Below, in pieces: positions 1 to 12,741 of a stretch of DNA of 64,000 nucleotides. Made by a program: the position numbers and the translations under genes. The stretch lies in NCBI GenBank assembly GCA_023213395.1, contig CM041465.1:191401741-191465740 (forward strand). Reading direction: 5' to 3'. The stretch comes from Cycas panzhihuaensis. Its lineage: Eukaryota; Plantae; Cycadophyta. The notes under the pieces were generated by a model, which worked only from the letters and a program-made list of their open reading frames with translations, was not told the origin of the DNA and ran no database searches. Numbering within the stretch: the first letter of the stretch is position 1; each line of letters opens with the position of its first letter.

Positions 1-227
1 TGATACCATGTTGAAAAACCAGAGCAAAAAGTTGACAGAGGAAAGAATGTACATTATTCTATTGAGATTCAATTTGCTTAAATACACAAGAGCTATGTGA
101 TGGTTACAACCTACTAATGTAACCGATCACTCGGATTCTGCCAAGTGGCATGATCTCATGAGTACATTTATGGGTGGGTCTAACATGACCCCCCTTTCTA
201 CCCTAGATAAAACATTATATCTCAACA
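1..227 (-). mobile_element. 5' LTR (9-227) and tRNA-iMet PBS (1-8) of an LTR retrotransposon whose body lies left of the window
   Basis: tgatacca at 1-8 is the reverse complement of PBS TGGTATCA; the adjacent segment is bounded by the perfect inverted termini TGTTGA(9)...TCAACA(227). Confidence 0.8.
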
Positions 228-487
228 TAGATTACATATGTACCAAAGATAGGAATTAGTTTTAACCATATCATAATGGTTAATTAACTACTCCCTCAAA
301 TTATGGTAGGCTATTAACTACATATTTAATGTAGCAAGCATCTTTGACTCACACTAACCAACACATTAATGACTTCAACTAAGAATATTCTCTCACTTAG
401 AATATTCCATGTGAGGAAATATTCTAATTACCTAAAATAAAATGAACTTAAATTAACATGTAATGGGAATGTATATTATTTCCAACA
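228..487 (-). mobile_element. Partial LTR of a second element, related to the LTR at 3221-3631, interrupted by the element at 1-227
   Basis: Colinear similarity to 3358-3631 (e.g. cataatggttaattaa.agctccctcaaattatggtag, aatattccatgtgaggaaata); ends in TTCCAACA. No PPT follows, and it abuts integrase sequence. Confidence 0.7.
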
Positions 488-3400
488 ATTCTTTATTCTT
501 ATAATCAAGTATGTGCCTCCTTTCATCAAGCACATACACATAAGCAGTACATCCAAAAATGCAAAAATGTGCAGCAAAAGGTTTAAGATTAGTCCATGCT
601 TCTTCAAGAGTTACATCTCAAACTGCCTTAGTAGGACTTATATTCAATAGACACACAGCTATATTAACAGCTTCTCCCCAAAGTCCTTTAGGAATGTCTT
701 TTGCTTTCATCATGCATTATGCCATTTTAAAAATGGTACAATTCTTCTGCTCTACAATGCCATTTTGTTATGGAGTATATGGCATTGTAAATTAATGTTA
801 GATACCATGACTTTTATAAAAGTTGGTGAATTTTAAGGATAAATACTCACCTTCACTATCACTCCTTAGAATCTTAATCTTTATGTCCGAAAGATTCATA
901 GATTCGACCTTGAATTCCTTAAATTTTGTAAAAGCATCAAACTTGAGTTTAAGAAGATACACCCAACCATCTTCTTATAGTCATCAACAAATCTATTCGT
1001 AATTTGAAGGCTAGAGTAATTCAAATGACCATAACAGTCATGCCACAAAGTGTTAACAGCATTTTATGCTATAAGTCCATGCTCATATGTGCCAAAGAAT
1101 TTATAAACTCCATTCTCTTGAATACATTCAGCAATTACAATGGCATCATCCTTCATCAAGCACTTTAACTCGTTGAATTCTACTTTAACATTCTACTTAG
1201 TAATACAACTGACAAATAGTAAGTTGTCCTTAAAAGAGGGTACAAGTAAGACATTTGAAACCTTGTTCCATACTCTGGTTGATGAATGCTTATGATGCCA
1301 CAACCAATAACTTGATGTTGATTATTGTCGCCAAGTACAATAGGAGGAAGTTGGCAATCTTTTAAGTCTTCAAACCAATCTTTGCAATAAGTGATATGTT
1401 TGCATGCTCCAGAATCAATATACCACCCACATAGCTCCGGATTTGTAGCATTGAAAACAAACACTTTATCAACTTCATTTCTAATCAAAGCAGGGATGTT
1501 CTTCTTCTTATCTACTTTCTTCTTCCAACATTGCTTCTCCAAATGTCCCTTCTTGTTACAATATCTACAAACAACATCACATTTGGGATTTTGTGCATTA
1601 TTGTTGCTTCCTTGTGATTGTTACCTTGAAAGTTTCTTCTTAAATTTTGATTAAAGCACTATTGCACTGCTACCATCACGATCACAAAAGCCCATTCGTT
1701 GTTCTTCATGCAACAATAAGCCACCCAACTCATCAAAAGTAAGAGGTTTGGGTCAACTTGTGACACATAGGCTAGTCACAAAGATGTGACAGCCTTCATG
1801 CAAGCTATTTAAAGTGATGCTTACTAACTCTTTGTCATGTACAACTTCTCCTACAACAAGTTTCTCTTTTATCTCCTTCAATCTTTGTAAATGAGAAGAC
1901 ATAAAATCATTATTGGACATTTTACAAGAATAAAGCAAATTTTGAAGATATAAGACTCTAGTTTCATTCTTGGTCTTGAACAGATCCTTGAGACTTACAT
2001 GCATCAACTGCAAATACTTTTCCTTGAAGACGGGTAATTAACTCAATAGCCACTAACAAATTAATAATTGTCAGTGCTCTTAGGTTCTTGTAATGCCATG
2101 GCGTTTCTTCAATTTCATCAGTCGATCCTATTTCTAACTCCTTGTCATCTCCATCAACAATTTCCATAAACCTATGTAAGGCCAAGATATTGGAGATTTT
2201 AAATTTTCATGTCACATCATTCTTCCCATCTAGTTTCAAATAGGAAGAAATGTTCAGAGATGTCGTTATGAAATTTTTGCAACCAAGGAAATTAAGAAAA
2301 CAAATGTTAAACCACCACAAGTGTGAGTATCAAATATCACTACACGACTGCAAGGTTGGTAAAACACACAAGAAACATACTTTAAAGAGGATAAAATGCC
2401 AAGTACACTGTAAAGAAGATAAAATGCCAAGCTAGAAATAGCTTTAAAATCCTCTTGAAACATAAAAGCCAATTGAGAAAAATATTTCTCAAAGGATGAA
2501 TTAAGTTTCCTCAAACATAAAAGATTATTAAAAAACAAACCATATAGAGGAGACCTTGATTTTAAAAGGAATATGCCTTTGAATATGCTTATGTATATAA
2601 TGTAATGGTATATTAGAAAGCATGTAATTGAAATTTTTATAAAATGTAATTCCAAGAGGATGTAACAAGGCCTCCACGATTTTGACGGCATTGATGTAAC
2701 ATGCGACTAGCGGCTCCATGATTCTTAGCGACACTCTGTAACATGGCAACTAATGGCGTCTCTGTAGTGGCGACAAGAAAGATGATAGGGCAACATTAAT
2801 GTAGCTAGTAAATAGACGATCAAACAATTCACTAGCAACTCTTCAAGTTTAGGTGGCAATCTCCACGATCTTAGGCAAATAGATGAGCAGGTATGTACGC
2901 CTGTAGTTGCAGACAAACTGACAAGAGCGTAAAGAGGCAGCTACCTCTATGGCTATGCAAACAAAATGACAACTTCAAACTCTATGCATGGACAAATCAG
3001 TGGCTTCAACTGCTACAAGCAACCGACCAATCTTTGTGTTCTTGCAACTAGATAGAGTTGTGCGTGGCTGACACTCCAGACCACTCACAACCAAAGAATG
3101 GTCTTTAGCAGTTTGACCTCTACAGACTCTCACAAAACCTAGCACAAGGACACAACTATCAAGAGTTTCCTTAGAAGTTGACACATAACACAGTTGTCAA
3201 GAAACTTGGCTCTACTACCATGTAAGGAAAAGGGGGGTATGAGTAGGATACATAATACATATCACATGCATAGCAAGGCAAAAATGACTACATGGCAATG
3301 AATCACAATTCACCAACCCATTTCATTAATCCAAATAGTTGAGTACATCATACATTTATAGATTACAATTGTTCTAAACATAGGAGAGCAGTTATAACCA

Positions 3401-3631
3401 CTTCATAATGGTTAATTAATAGCTCCCTCAAATTATGGTAGACTCTAAGCTACCTAATTTAATACTTCAACTATCTTTGCCTTCCATTAACCACCTTATT
3501 TAATGACATTGACTAAGAATATTTCAACTAAGAATATTCTCACTAAAAATATTCCATGTGAGGAAATACTGTAATGACATTACAAATGAACTTAAATGAA
3601 CATGAAATGAGAATGTACATTATTTCTAGTA
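488..3631 (-). mobile_element. Decayed Ty1/copia element, 5' half (LTR 3221-3631, PBS, leader, gag, protease, integrase)
   Basis: Degenerate PBS ggctctactacca at 3208-3220; gag/UBN2-like ORF fragments 1753-2185; CCHC knuckle ~1530-1570; protease WYIDSGACKHIT (ORF 1180-1542); integrase motifs (PxQNG, W.EAV) at ~650-960. Many stops and frameshifts. Confidence 0.85.
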
Positions 3632-4353
3632 GTCTATAGCATCAACTCGCCCATGAGCACTCAAAAGCTTGAAATCTAGTGCAAACAACAAAATTTGCCA
3701 TGACTATGAATGCTCAACTTAAATTGGACAACCATACAAACGTTTTATTATGAAATGGGGCGCAATCTGTATAATTTTGCTCTGAGACCACCTCCTACAA
3801 ATAATTCACTACCAATTACTACTTCAATCAACTTCTTCTTCATAAAATAAAATTGTCACAACTCTTTTTTGTCAAATCACAAAGCATTAGCATTGGAGTC
3901 CACAACACAACCAATCAACCTCTTCTCCTTCTTGCACATTTCCACACAAAATAATGTATGAAAGTGTAGTTTTCTAGTCATTGATCATTCACCATACTAT
4001 AGTGTTCACACCTATTCAATTTCCACTCTAGGATTTTGCTAGGGTTTCAAGTGGGCCATCACCTTGATTTCTTTCCTCATATGGTAACATTTGACTATTT
4101 TTTAATACAAATGTTTAGCATTTTATTTGCCTACAAATTTTTATAAAAATGTTTAAAATGCAAAATTTTCAAAAATCTAAATGAGTATTACTACTATGAA
4201 CAAAAGAAAATTTTGTTCAAACCCTCATATGCCCCTAAGTTAATAAGAAGCTTCCCCTAAGGTGATGTTAGAAAACAAAGAATAACAGATATAAAGAGAA
4301 GGAATTGTGAGCTAACAAACTAGGGTTTTTTTTTAGGGGCAATGGGACCCAAC

Positions 4354-7300
4354 TGTTGAGGTAATGGATCTAGGGATCTAGTGCACTAACATTACACAAT
4401 GGCAAATAGTGGAGACAAGCACAATGTATTCAACAAGAGAAATGCTAATAGCTTGAGCTCAAAGAGGAGAAGTGTAGAATATGATCACTCTCCATGTAAT
4501 TTCAGCTTATATAATGAGAATGCTCATTAGGGTTTGGAATTTGAATTTTCCCTCCCAATGACATTGAGATGAGATTACATGAAATTACAATGAAATGAAC
4601 TTTATGTCATTTCACTTAAACGACTTAATCATAGCCACCTTATCCTAAAGTTACAAACATAAAACTGACTTTATCTAATTCTAACTTTATGAAATGACCA
4701 TGTGATATTAACATCGTCATAACCCCCCCCCTTAATGGCAAAAGGTCATTTTCCTTTATCCTATTCTAATCTATGAGGTCCTTATTTTAGCCTCATCATT
4801 ACATTGAGAAAAACATTCTACAACCTACAAGACACTTTTGTGGGAAAACCCTCAGGGGAATAAAAACCCATGGACTTGACTTCCCATTCTATGAAGTGGC
4901 TCAGGCGACTCTTTGAGTGTAGCTAAATAGCCAAATAGTACAAGTTGGTTGTGCAACTTCAATCTGCTAAGTCTCCATATACCGTTTCGTCATCCCCCAT
5001 GCCCTTTCGGGTTTTCACAGGTTGTAATTTTCGAAACAAATACAACCCAACTCCTTTCGCACCCACAAGGGGTTTTCACGAATGGGAAAAAGCAGAGACT
5101 TACTCTAATCCTTCCGTGCCCAAAGGGGGTTTTCACGAATGTGATAGAGTATGCTAGTCCTGTGTGCCATCTCCTTCAATCAGTTGGAGATGGAGGCCCT
5201 GGGGCTGAGCTGTTGTCGGAACTGTTCAAACTTCAACCTTTGCAACGGTTTGACGAAGATATCAGCCACTTGATCTGTTGTGGGGCAGTGTTTCAATTGT
5301 ATTGTACCGTCATGGACCAATTCCTGGATCCTGTGGACTTTTGTACTAATATGCTTTGTACGATCATGAAAAACAGGATTCTTGGCCATGTGGATTGCTG
5401 ACTAATTGTCCACATGTAAACTCGTTGGACCTGCCTGGGTGATATCCAAAGTATGTAATAATTTGCAAAGCCATATCACCTCCTTACTAGTCTCAGAAGC
5501 AACTATGTATTCGGCTTCAGCAGTAGAATTTGCAGTGATTTTTTGCCACCTTGACCACCATGAAATTATAGTTGTTCCAAGAAATGTGATATACCCGGAC
5601 GTTGATCTTCCTGTATTTTTGTCATCGACACAATCTGACTCTATGTATACTGTAAGTCTAAAATCATTGTTGTGCTCTTACAACAAACTAAGTTTGTTGG
5701 TCATCTTCAGGTACTTCAACACTTGTATTGCTACTTGCCATGCTTCTGCTTTGGAGTTATGTGACGGGCAAGAATGTCAACGCCATAAGCAATATCTAGC
5801 CTTGTGTTGGTATCATAAATGAGACTACCTACAAATTATCGATAGAGTGTTGTGTCTGCCTATCAAGTGTCTTCATCGGAAAGTTTGACATTGTGCTCCA
5901 CTAGAATAGACATTGTTATAGCATCTTCTAATCAGAACTTGATTAGAAGATCGTTGATATACTTTTCTTGGGAGAGAGATGTTTCCATTGCATTGAGTTA
6001 CCTCAATTCCCAAGTAATATCTCATTAGTCTGAAGTCAGCAAGTTCGAAGGATTTTGACAAGTCTATCCTTTATTTGCTGATATCCTACTCACTATTTCC
6101 GGTTATCAACATGTCGTCCACAAAGATCAGGAGATATGTGGCTTTGCCTTTTTCTCTCTTAATGAACAAAGTTGCATCAACGTCTTGATAGTCACGTACC
6201 TCATAACCAAGTTGCCTCATTTTGTTGGACAACTTGGTGAACCAAGCGTGAGGGGCTTGTTTTAGGCCATATAGCGACTTTTTCAATCTGCACACTTTTT
6301 GCTCATGTCCTACTATCTTAAAGCCTTCTGGTTGTGCCATGTAGATTTCTTCTTCCAAATCTCCATTGAGAAAAATAGTTTTCACATCGAGTTGGTGGAT
6401 TTTCCAACCCTGTTAAGCAGCCAAGGCCATAAGTGCTCTAATTGTGGGCCATTTGGTAGTTGGTGCGAAGACCTCTGTGTAATCGATGCCTTCCCTTTAG
6501 GTGAATCCTTTTGCGACCAACCTCGCCTGGTGTTTTTCAAGGGTGTCGTCGATGCAGATTTATTTTTGAACACCCATTTGTTTCTGACTACCTTCCTTCC
6601 CAAAGGCTAATCAACGAGCTCCCATGGACCATTCTTGATCAAGGATTGGTATTCCTCATTCATGGCATTTCTCCAAACTGTGTGTTTCACAGCTTTTTGG
6701 TATGATAGAGGCTCGTCATTTAAAGCAAGGTGCAAGTCAACTGGTTCAAGCTCTGTGGGAAGTGATGTTTACTCACTTGCTCTGTAGGCACCACTTCGAG
6801 TGCCAGTTTTACCTACCTCTTCAGATCTCAAGTCTTTGTACAACCGGTAGGCTTCTCGAAAACCTTTGGTTGGGAATGACATTCTCATTTCCACAACATC
6901 CTGGTCTTCATTTTGATCCTGAAAAGGATCATGGGAGATGTATGGTCTAGAGGTCGGTGCCATTGCTGGAGAAGACGACCTTGCAACTTAAGGTGGTGAA
7001 GGTGGTTCTTTGGCAGCTCGTTTTCCTTTTGATGCTTGACGTGGTGATTCCTAGCTATTCTCCCAAGATGGCGTTGGATTGGCACACATTGGCACATGAT
7101 ATGAGTCAAGGATAGTGTCTTCTAGGCCTCTATTGTCAGATTCCAAAATTTTGAGTATTTTTTCAATGTCTCCCCCCCCCAAAATGTTGGAATTTGTACA
7201 TCATATTCCTGAACATCGTTGTATCTATGAGATGGTGCTTTAGAATCAAGTTGAAGTAGTTGATCCTCTGCATCCGCAAACACCACATCCCTAGTGATAA

Positions 7301-10300
7301 TGATCTTCTTTAATGTTGGAATGAAGACCTTGTACCCTTTCCTGTTCATGGGGTACCCAACAAAGATGCCCTTTAAAGCTCGCGGTTGGAGCTTATTTCT
7401 GTGCTCATCAAGAATGTGAGCATAACAAGTAGAGCCAAAAATTTTGAAGTGATGGATGGTGGGGGTCCGTCCAATCTATCATTCATTTGAGACGGGCCGA
7501 GCTTCGATGGACTTATGTTGTTCATGCAATAGACTGCAGTATAAATAGCTTCAGCCGAAAAGTACATTCTTGAAAATGAGCATAGCCCGCATAGCCGGTG
7601 CCATATTCATTATGGTTCTGTTAGCCCTTTCAACAACACCATTCTGATGAGGAGTACTTGCAATAGTTGTTTGATGCTTGATCCCCCGATGACGCAAGAA
7701 GTCTTCGAATTCATTTGAAGTGTATTCGCCACCATTGTTAATCCTGAGACACTTCAGTTGATATCCAGATTCCTTCTCTGTGAGAGTCTTGAATGCCTTG
7801 AATACTGTGAATGCTTCATCTTTTGATTTAAGAAAGATCACCCATACCTTTCGAGTGAAGTCATCAATAAATGTAATGTAATACCTCTTCCCTATGAGAG
7901 AAGGGATAGGCATAGGCCCACAGATATCTAAGTGTACTAATCCAAGAGGTTGACTGGCTTTCCATTGACTCTGAGGAAATGGTTGTCAGTGGGGTTTGGC
8001 AATAATGCAAGCTTCACATTTGAACGACCTAGAGGAAAATCTAGGCAGACCTGGAGTGGAATGGGAGATTTCCTTAAGTCGATCAAGTTTGACGTGCCCC
8101 ATGCGAGCATGCCAAAGAGCTTCTGGGGACAGCTTGGAATGAATCAAGGTGACATTATATGCAAGTTCTTCTTCGACACAGATGGGGGCAACAACTTGGT
8201 ATGCGGAAGAAGACAATGTGGTTCCAGTCAGACTAAATAGCTTACCTTCAAGTTTCCCAGTCATCACCACTGAACATGAAGGCGGGTGAATAACACTAAG
8301 AACTTGATCATTAGTTGTGACACTCAGGTCGAATCCACAGGAGACCAGTGTGGATAGCAACAAAAGGTTTTGTTTGAGATGGAAAATATACAAGACATCT
8401 TTTAACGTAAAATTAGGCAAACCTGGGAGCTTCAGGCACATGGAGCCCATGCCTTGAACAGGTTGTGTCGACTTATCGGCCATGTGTACTACTCCAGTGA
8501 CCTCTGAATTAAAATCCTAGAAGAAGTCACGATGACAAGTCATATGCTGGGTAGCTCCTGTGTCCATAACCCAACCTGACGATGATGTTGATGCAATATT
8601 TGCCTGTCCAAGAGGTCGAGGTAGTGGCCAATCAAGCTGACAAATGGTTGTGCCACAGTGTGCTTCGATGTACCTCTTAGGCCTAAAAGCAGTTGATGAA
8701 GTGGATGCTTCCCTGTTTTGTTGAATACGTGCCTCAATGAGATTTGCTCCTGCAAATAAGTCATCATGACTCACATCAACATTATGGGCTTGATGCTGCT
8801 ATTGTTGATGACGAGGCAATCTGTTGTAGTCAATGTGGCAATCTTTTGCAAGGTGTCATTTTCTGTTACACCTTTGACACGTGGAAGCATTGTTGTTTGA
8901 CTGTCTTTGATTGGCGGTCTTTTGATTGTTGTTTTGTTGTTGACCTTGTTGTTACCTCTACTGTTGTCCTTGTTGCTTTCCCATGCCTCTTCCGCGACCT
9001 CTTCTTCCTCCGTGTGAAAATTGACCTTGTTGTTTGGTGTAGTATACTTTCTCGTCCATGTAAACTTTGAAGGCTCCATTAGGAGGTGAATCTGAAAGTG
9101 GGAAGCTGGCAGCGAACGTATTGTCATGTTCAATAAACTTCTCAGCTAACGTTTCGAAGTCAAGGGTCTTCAGTGTGCCAGATGACTAAAGATTTCCTAG
9201 CAGGTTCTTATAAGGAGGAACGTATAGACTTGACTGAATTAAGAAGGCCCAAGTTATGCATTCGGTCATAAAATCCCTGTCAATGGCCTGTTTAATGGGG
9301 CGAAGAGCATTGATGGTTTCATGTGCTCGCCCTTTCTACATTTGCATCTTATTCATCTTCAATACCATATGAACAAACTCCAAGTATGATCAAGTATCGA
9401 AGTTTTTTTTTAGGACTTCGAAGACCTTGAAGACAGTGTTGTGCTACATGTCATCGATCAGGTTGTGCAAGGAGTAATCTGTAACTAGCAGGATCCCTGG
9501 TTTGATTTTCCGGTCTTCAATGATCCATTGTCGTCGTTGCGGATTATTAGGTGGAGGAGCTGGAGGTGAGCCACCGCTCTATTGTGTGGTGTCGGTAGCA
9601 GGTACTATCGGGGTTGACTCCAAGTGGTCCAATCAGAGTCCCTCGTACTTTTCTGTGTTCTTGACTCCCGTGAACCATAGATCCCAGTTTTCCTTCCCCT
9701 TTAGCGTACAGTTCACATTCTGCTTGAAGTTGGTCAACATGGTGGTGTGAAAAGATGAATAAGAGTGATATATATAAATGTGTATGAAAATGCACTAAGC
9801 AGAAGAAGGTGGAGTCACTTGACACTTGTGACAGGCCTCTACCTGACGCAGCAAGGAATAATGAAGTAATACAATGCAAGATGTGGAAGCAAAGAGATCA
9901 CAAATAAGTATGTGGTGTAAGTGATATAATCAAGATAAGTGAGAAGGCCTATATAGAATCCGGCATGTGAGTGCACACAATTAATAACCAAAGTGATGTA
10001 GGATGTGTAACAAACCCAAACCTCTAGCTTGTGTCCAAAGTATGTGAGGTGTCGATGCCTAGGAGGGCTTCTAGTATATGTAATTAAGGGCCTTCACCTG
10101 TGATACTGCACCATTCTTTGGTGATGAAATCCAAGTAAAAGTGGAGCCCAAGTATTGTCGGTCCTTACCTCGTTCACCAATGAGTAGTGATATACTCTCC
10201 GAAGAGAAGTACATGCATGTCCAACAGCTATGATAGATATTGACCCAACTAAATTAATTATCTTGATTAAGGGTTTTCAGTTTTTCCGGATGGTTATCAA

Positions 10301-12229
10301 AATAATCCCTTATTAGAGACCACAAGTATGGCTAACCTATCCCTCCACCACTATACTGGTTACAACCACACCCAATATGAAACTCACACCTCCCTTAGGG
10401 CCCAGACTTCGGCCAACCTTGGTCTATTTCAACCAAGGGGAGTATGCGCACAAGTCAAGAACTGACAGCATAAAGTTGTCGAAATGAGTTGATTTTAAGA
10501 AAAGTGCTCTTGTTCTCGAATGATATGTAAATATAACTAAAAACTGAATGTAAATGCTCCACTTAAGTGTTGTTGTCGTGTCCAAGTGTAGTGATGACGT
10601 GTCCACCTGGTGCCCAAGGGGCATTCTATGTGCCCAAATGGCACTCAATGAGGTCTCTAAGTGCATGCGATCATTAAAATCATACACATATGATAAGCCA
10701 AATCATCAAATATTGCTCCAATCCGGATGACTGGCTAGTACAAAGGATTTAAGTGCCTTGTTTGTTTTACAAAATGGCTAAAATAAACCTCCAAAAGCCA
10801 AAAAGGCTATAAATGTCTAAGAAAAACCCCTCTTACATGCTTTTTTTTTGAAATGAAGGAGAAAAAATAAAAATTTCAAAAATACAATGTACGCTGAAAA
10901 ATCAAATTTTCAACAAACCAAGTTCATTGTTAGCGACGTATCTGTCTGTATCGCTATATGGCACAAATTTTTAAAAATTTTGAAAAAATTAAAAATTTTC
11001 AAGTTTGTTGCCCTTCACCTACACTTTACAAATATATAAAAATTTTTGAAAAATCTTATCAAAAACAGGCAAAAATACCTGTTTTAGCTCGCGGCCAAAA
11101 TATACTCGAAAACCCAAAAATGCTCATAACGTTTCAACAGAGCGTCAGATTCTTGTGAGACATGTCCCAAATGATAGATCAGAACGAAGAGATGCGAAAA
11201 CATGCATTACAACAGGGAAAAACTCCTCAATTTTTTTTATATCTAAGATTTTTTAATTTGAAGGGTGACTATCTAAAGCAAGTTGTTTGACCCCTTTAAC
11301 CTTGAAAGCTCGTGTCACTCTAGTAGACAAAAGTGCTTAGGAGGCTAAAACATACCTACTGGTGAAATTTTGTCTGATTCTGAGCACTTTGATTTTTTGA
11401 TCGTAACATTGTACGGAATTTCATACAACATTCGTACGATTTGATTTCAAACTTCAAAATCTGCTTCTGATCAGTGAAGATCATTGATTTCTTCTTTTGC
11501 AAGCTATAAATCTAACTTTTACTACAAATATGGGCCAAAGATGGGGCCAAAAATGCCAGATTTGGGACTAAAGAAGAAAGCTGAAAATTGCTATAAGATG
11601 AGCAATTCCTGTGCTCTTTTAGGCTTGCAAATAGATTGTTTTTAGGCAACCACACTTCTTCCTCTCATCTGTAGAAATAAAATAGTACAAAAGCATACAA
11701 ATTTGTATTAAAAATCTGTTAAAAAAAGCTTTAAAAATGGATTTAAAAAAAATATATCTCAACTCTTCACTTCACATGAATGGTGAAGAAGAGGAGAAAA
11801 TCGCTTGCAATCTCCTTGTAAGTGAGTGTGGCACTAAGATCCTATCAATGGCTCTGATAACACTGGTTGAGGGAATGGATCTAGGGATCTAGTGCACTAA
11901 CACTACACAATGGCAAATAGTGGAAACAAGCACAATGTACTCAACAAGAGAAATGTTAATAGCTTGAGCTCAAAGAGAAGTGTAGAATACAATCACTCTC
12001 CATGTAATTTCAGCTTATATAATGAGAACGCTCATTAGGGTTTGGAATTTGAGTTTTCCCTTCTAATGACATTCAAATGAGATTACATGAAATAACAATG
12101 AAATGAACTTTATGTCATTTCACTTAAGTGACTTAAGCATAGTCACCTTATCCTAAAGTTACAAATATAAAAGTGACTTTATCTAATTCTAACTTTATGA
12201 AATGACCATGTGACATTAACATCGTCACA
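4354..12229 (-). mobile_element. Full-length decayed Ty1/copia element with two LTRs and a 5-bp TSD
   Basis: LTRs 4354-4721 and 11864-12229 are highly similar; TSD CCAAC at 4349-4353 and 12230-12234; PBS gctctgataaca at 11851-11862; PPT (C-run on +) at 4722-4733. Contains gag (ATG ~9740), protease WVMDTGATQHM, GAG-pre-integrase LWHARMGH, integrase FIDDFTRK/PHQNGVVER, RT YGLKQAP/FVDDML and RNase H NPVFHDRTKHI. Confidence 0.95.
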
Positions 12230-12741
12230 CCAACTTTGCATGCATACTAGCCAAACCTAAATTCAGCTTCCCTTGCAATGTAAAAATTCCTTAGTATCTG
12301 CAATCAAATGTTGGTAATGGGCATTTAAGAGCCATACTAACTCCCCTAGTGGAAGGTGGCAAACAATATGGTTATTGCTAATGCCTAGCAAACCAATATC
12401 GTTCTAAACTTCTTCCATGAGCAATACAGTTGTCCTTGTTTTGGTAAAAATTCGCTTAAAAATATACAAGCTACAAGGGACAACAATGGCAACAATCCAA
12501 CCCAAGAAAGTGATCTCAAAAATGTATTTCACAAGTAAGTCCCATGATTATCCTGAATTAATTATGGATTCTACAAGTTGGAAACAATATCACATTGAAG
12601 GCTTCGAGGGGAATGTTTTTTAATAAAATGTTACGTTAATCCATCCATTGTCTAAAAGTTTCCTTTTTTATTTTCCCTGTGTTTGAAACTATTGAACAAT
12701 GCATGAACATCCTTCTCAAAGGCCGATTAACCTACTAAAGG

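Noticed and set aside
228-487. Treating this LTR as the 3' LTR of the element at 488-3631
   Set aside because: No PPT, abuts mid-integrase, and looks too diverged from 3221-3631; better explained as a separate insertion.
3632-4348. Possible DNA-transposon remnants here and at 30195-31509, 33346-34395, 54494-56277
   Set aside because: No transposase motif, TIR or TSD could be supported by eye.
4945-6950. Numerous 60-150 aa plus-strand ORFs opposite copia pol (and similar antisense ORFs in other elements)
   Set aside because: Shadow ORFs of retroelement coding sequence; no independent support.
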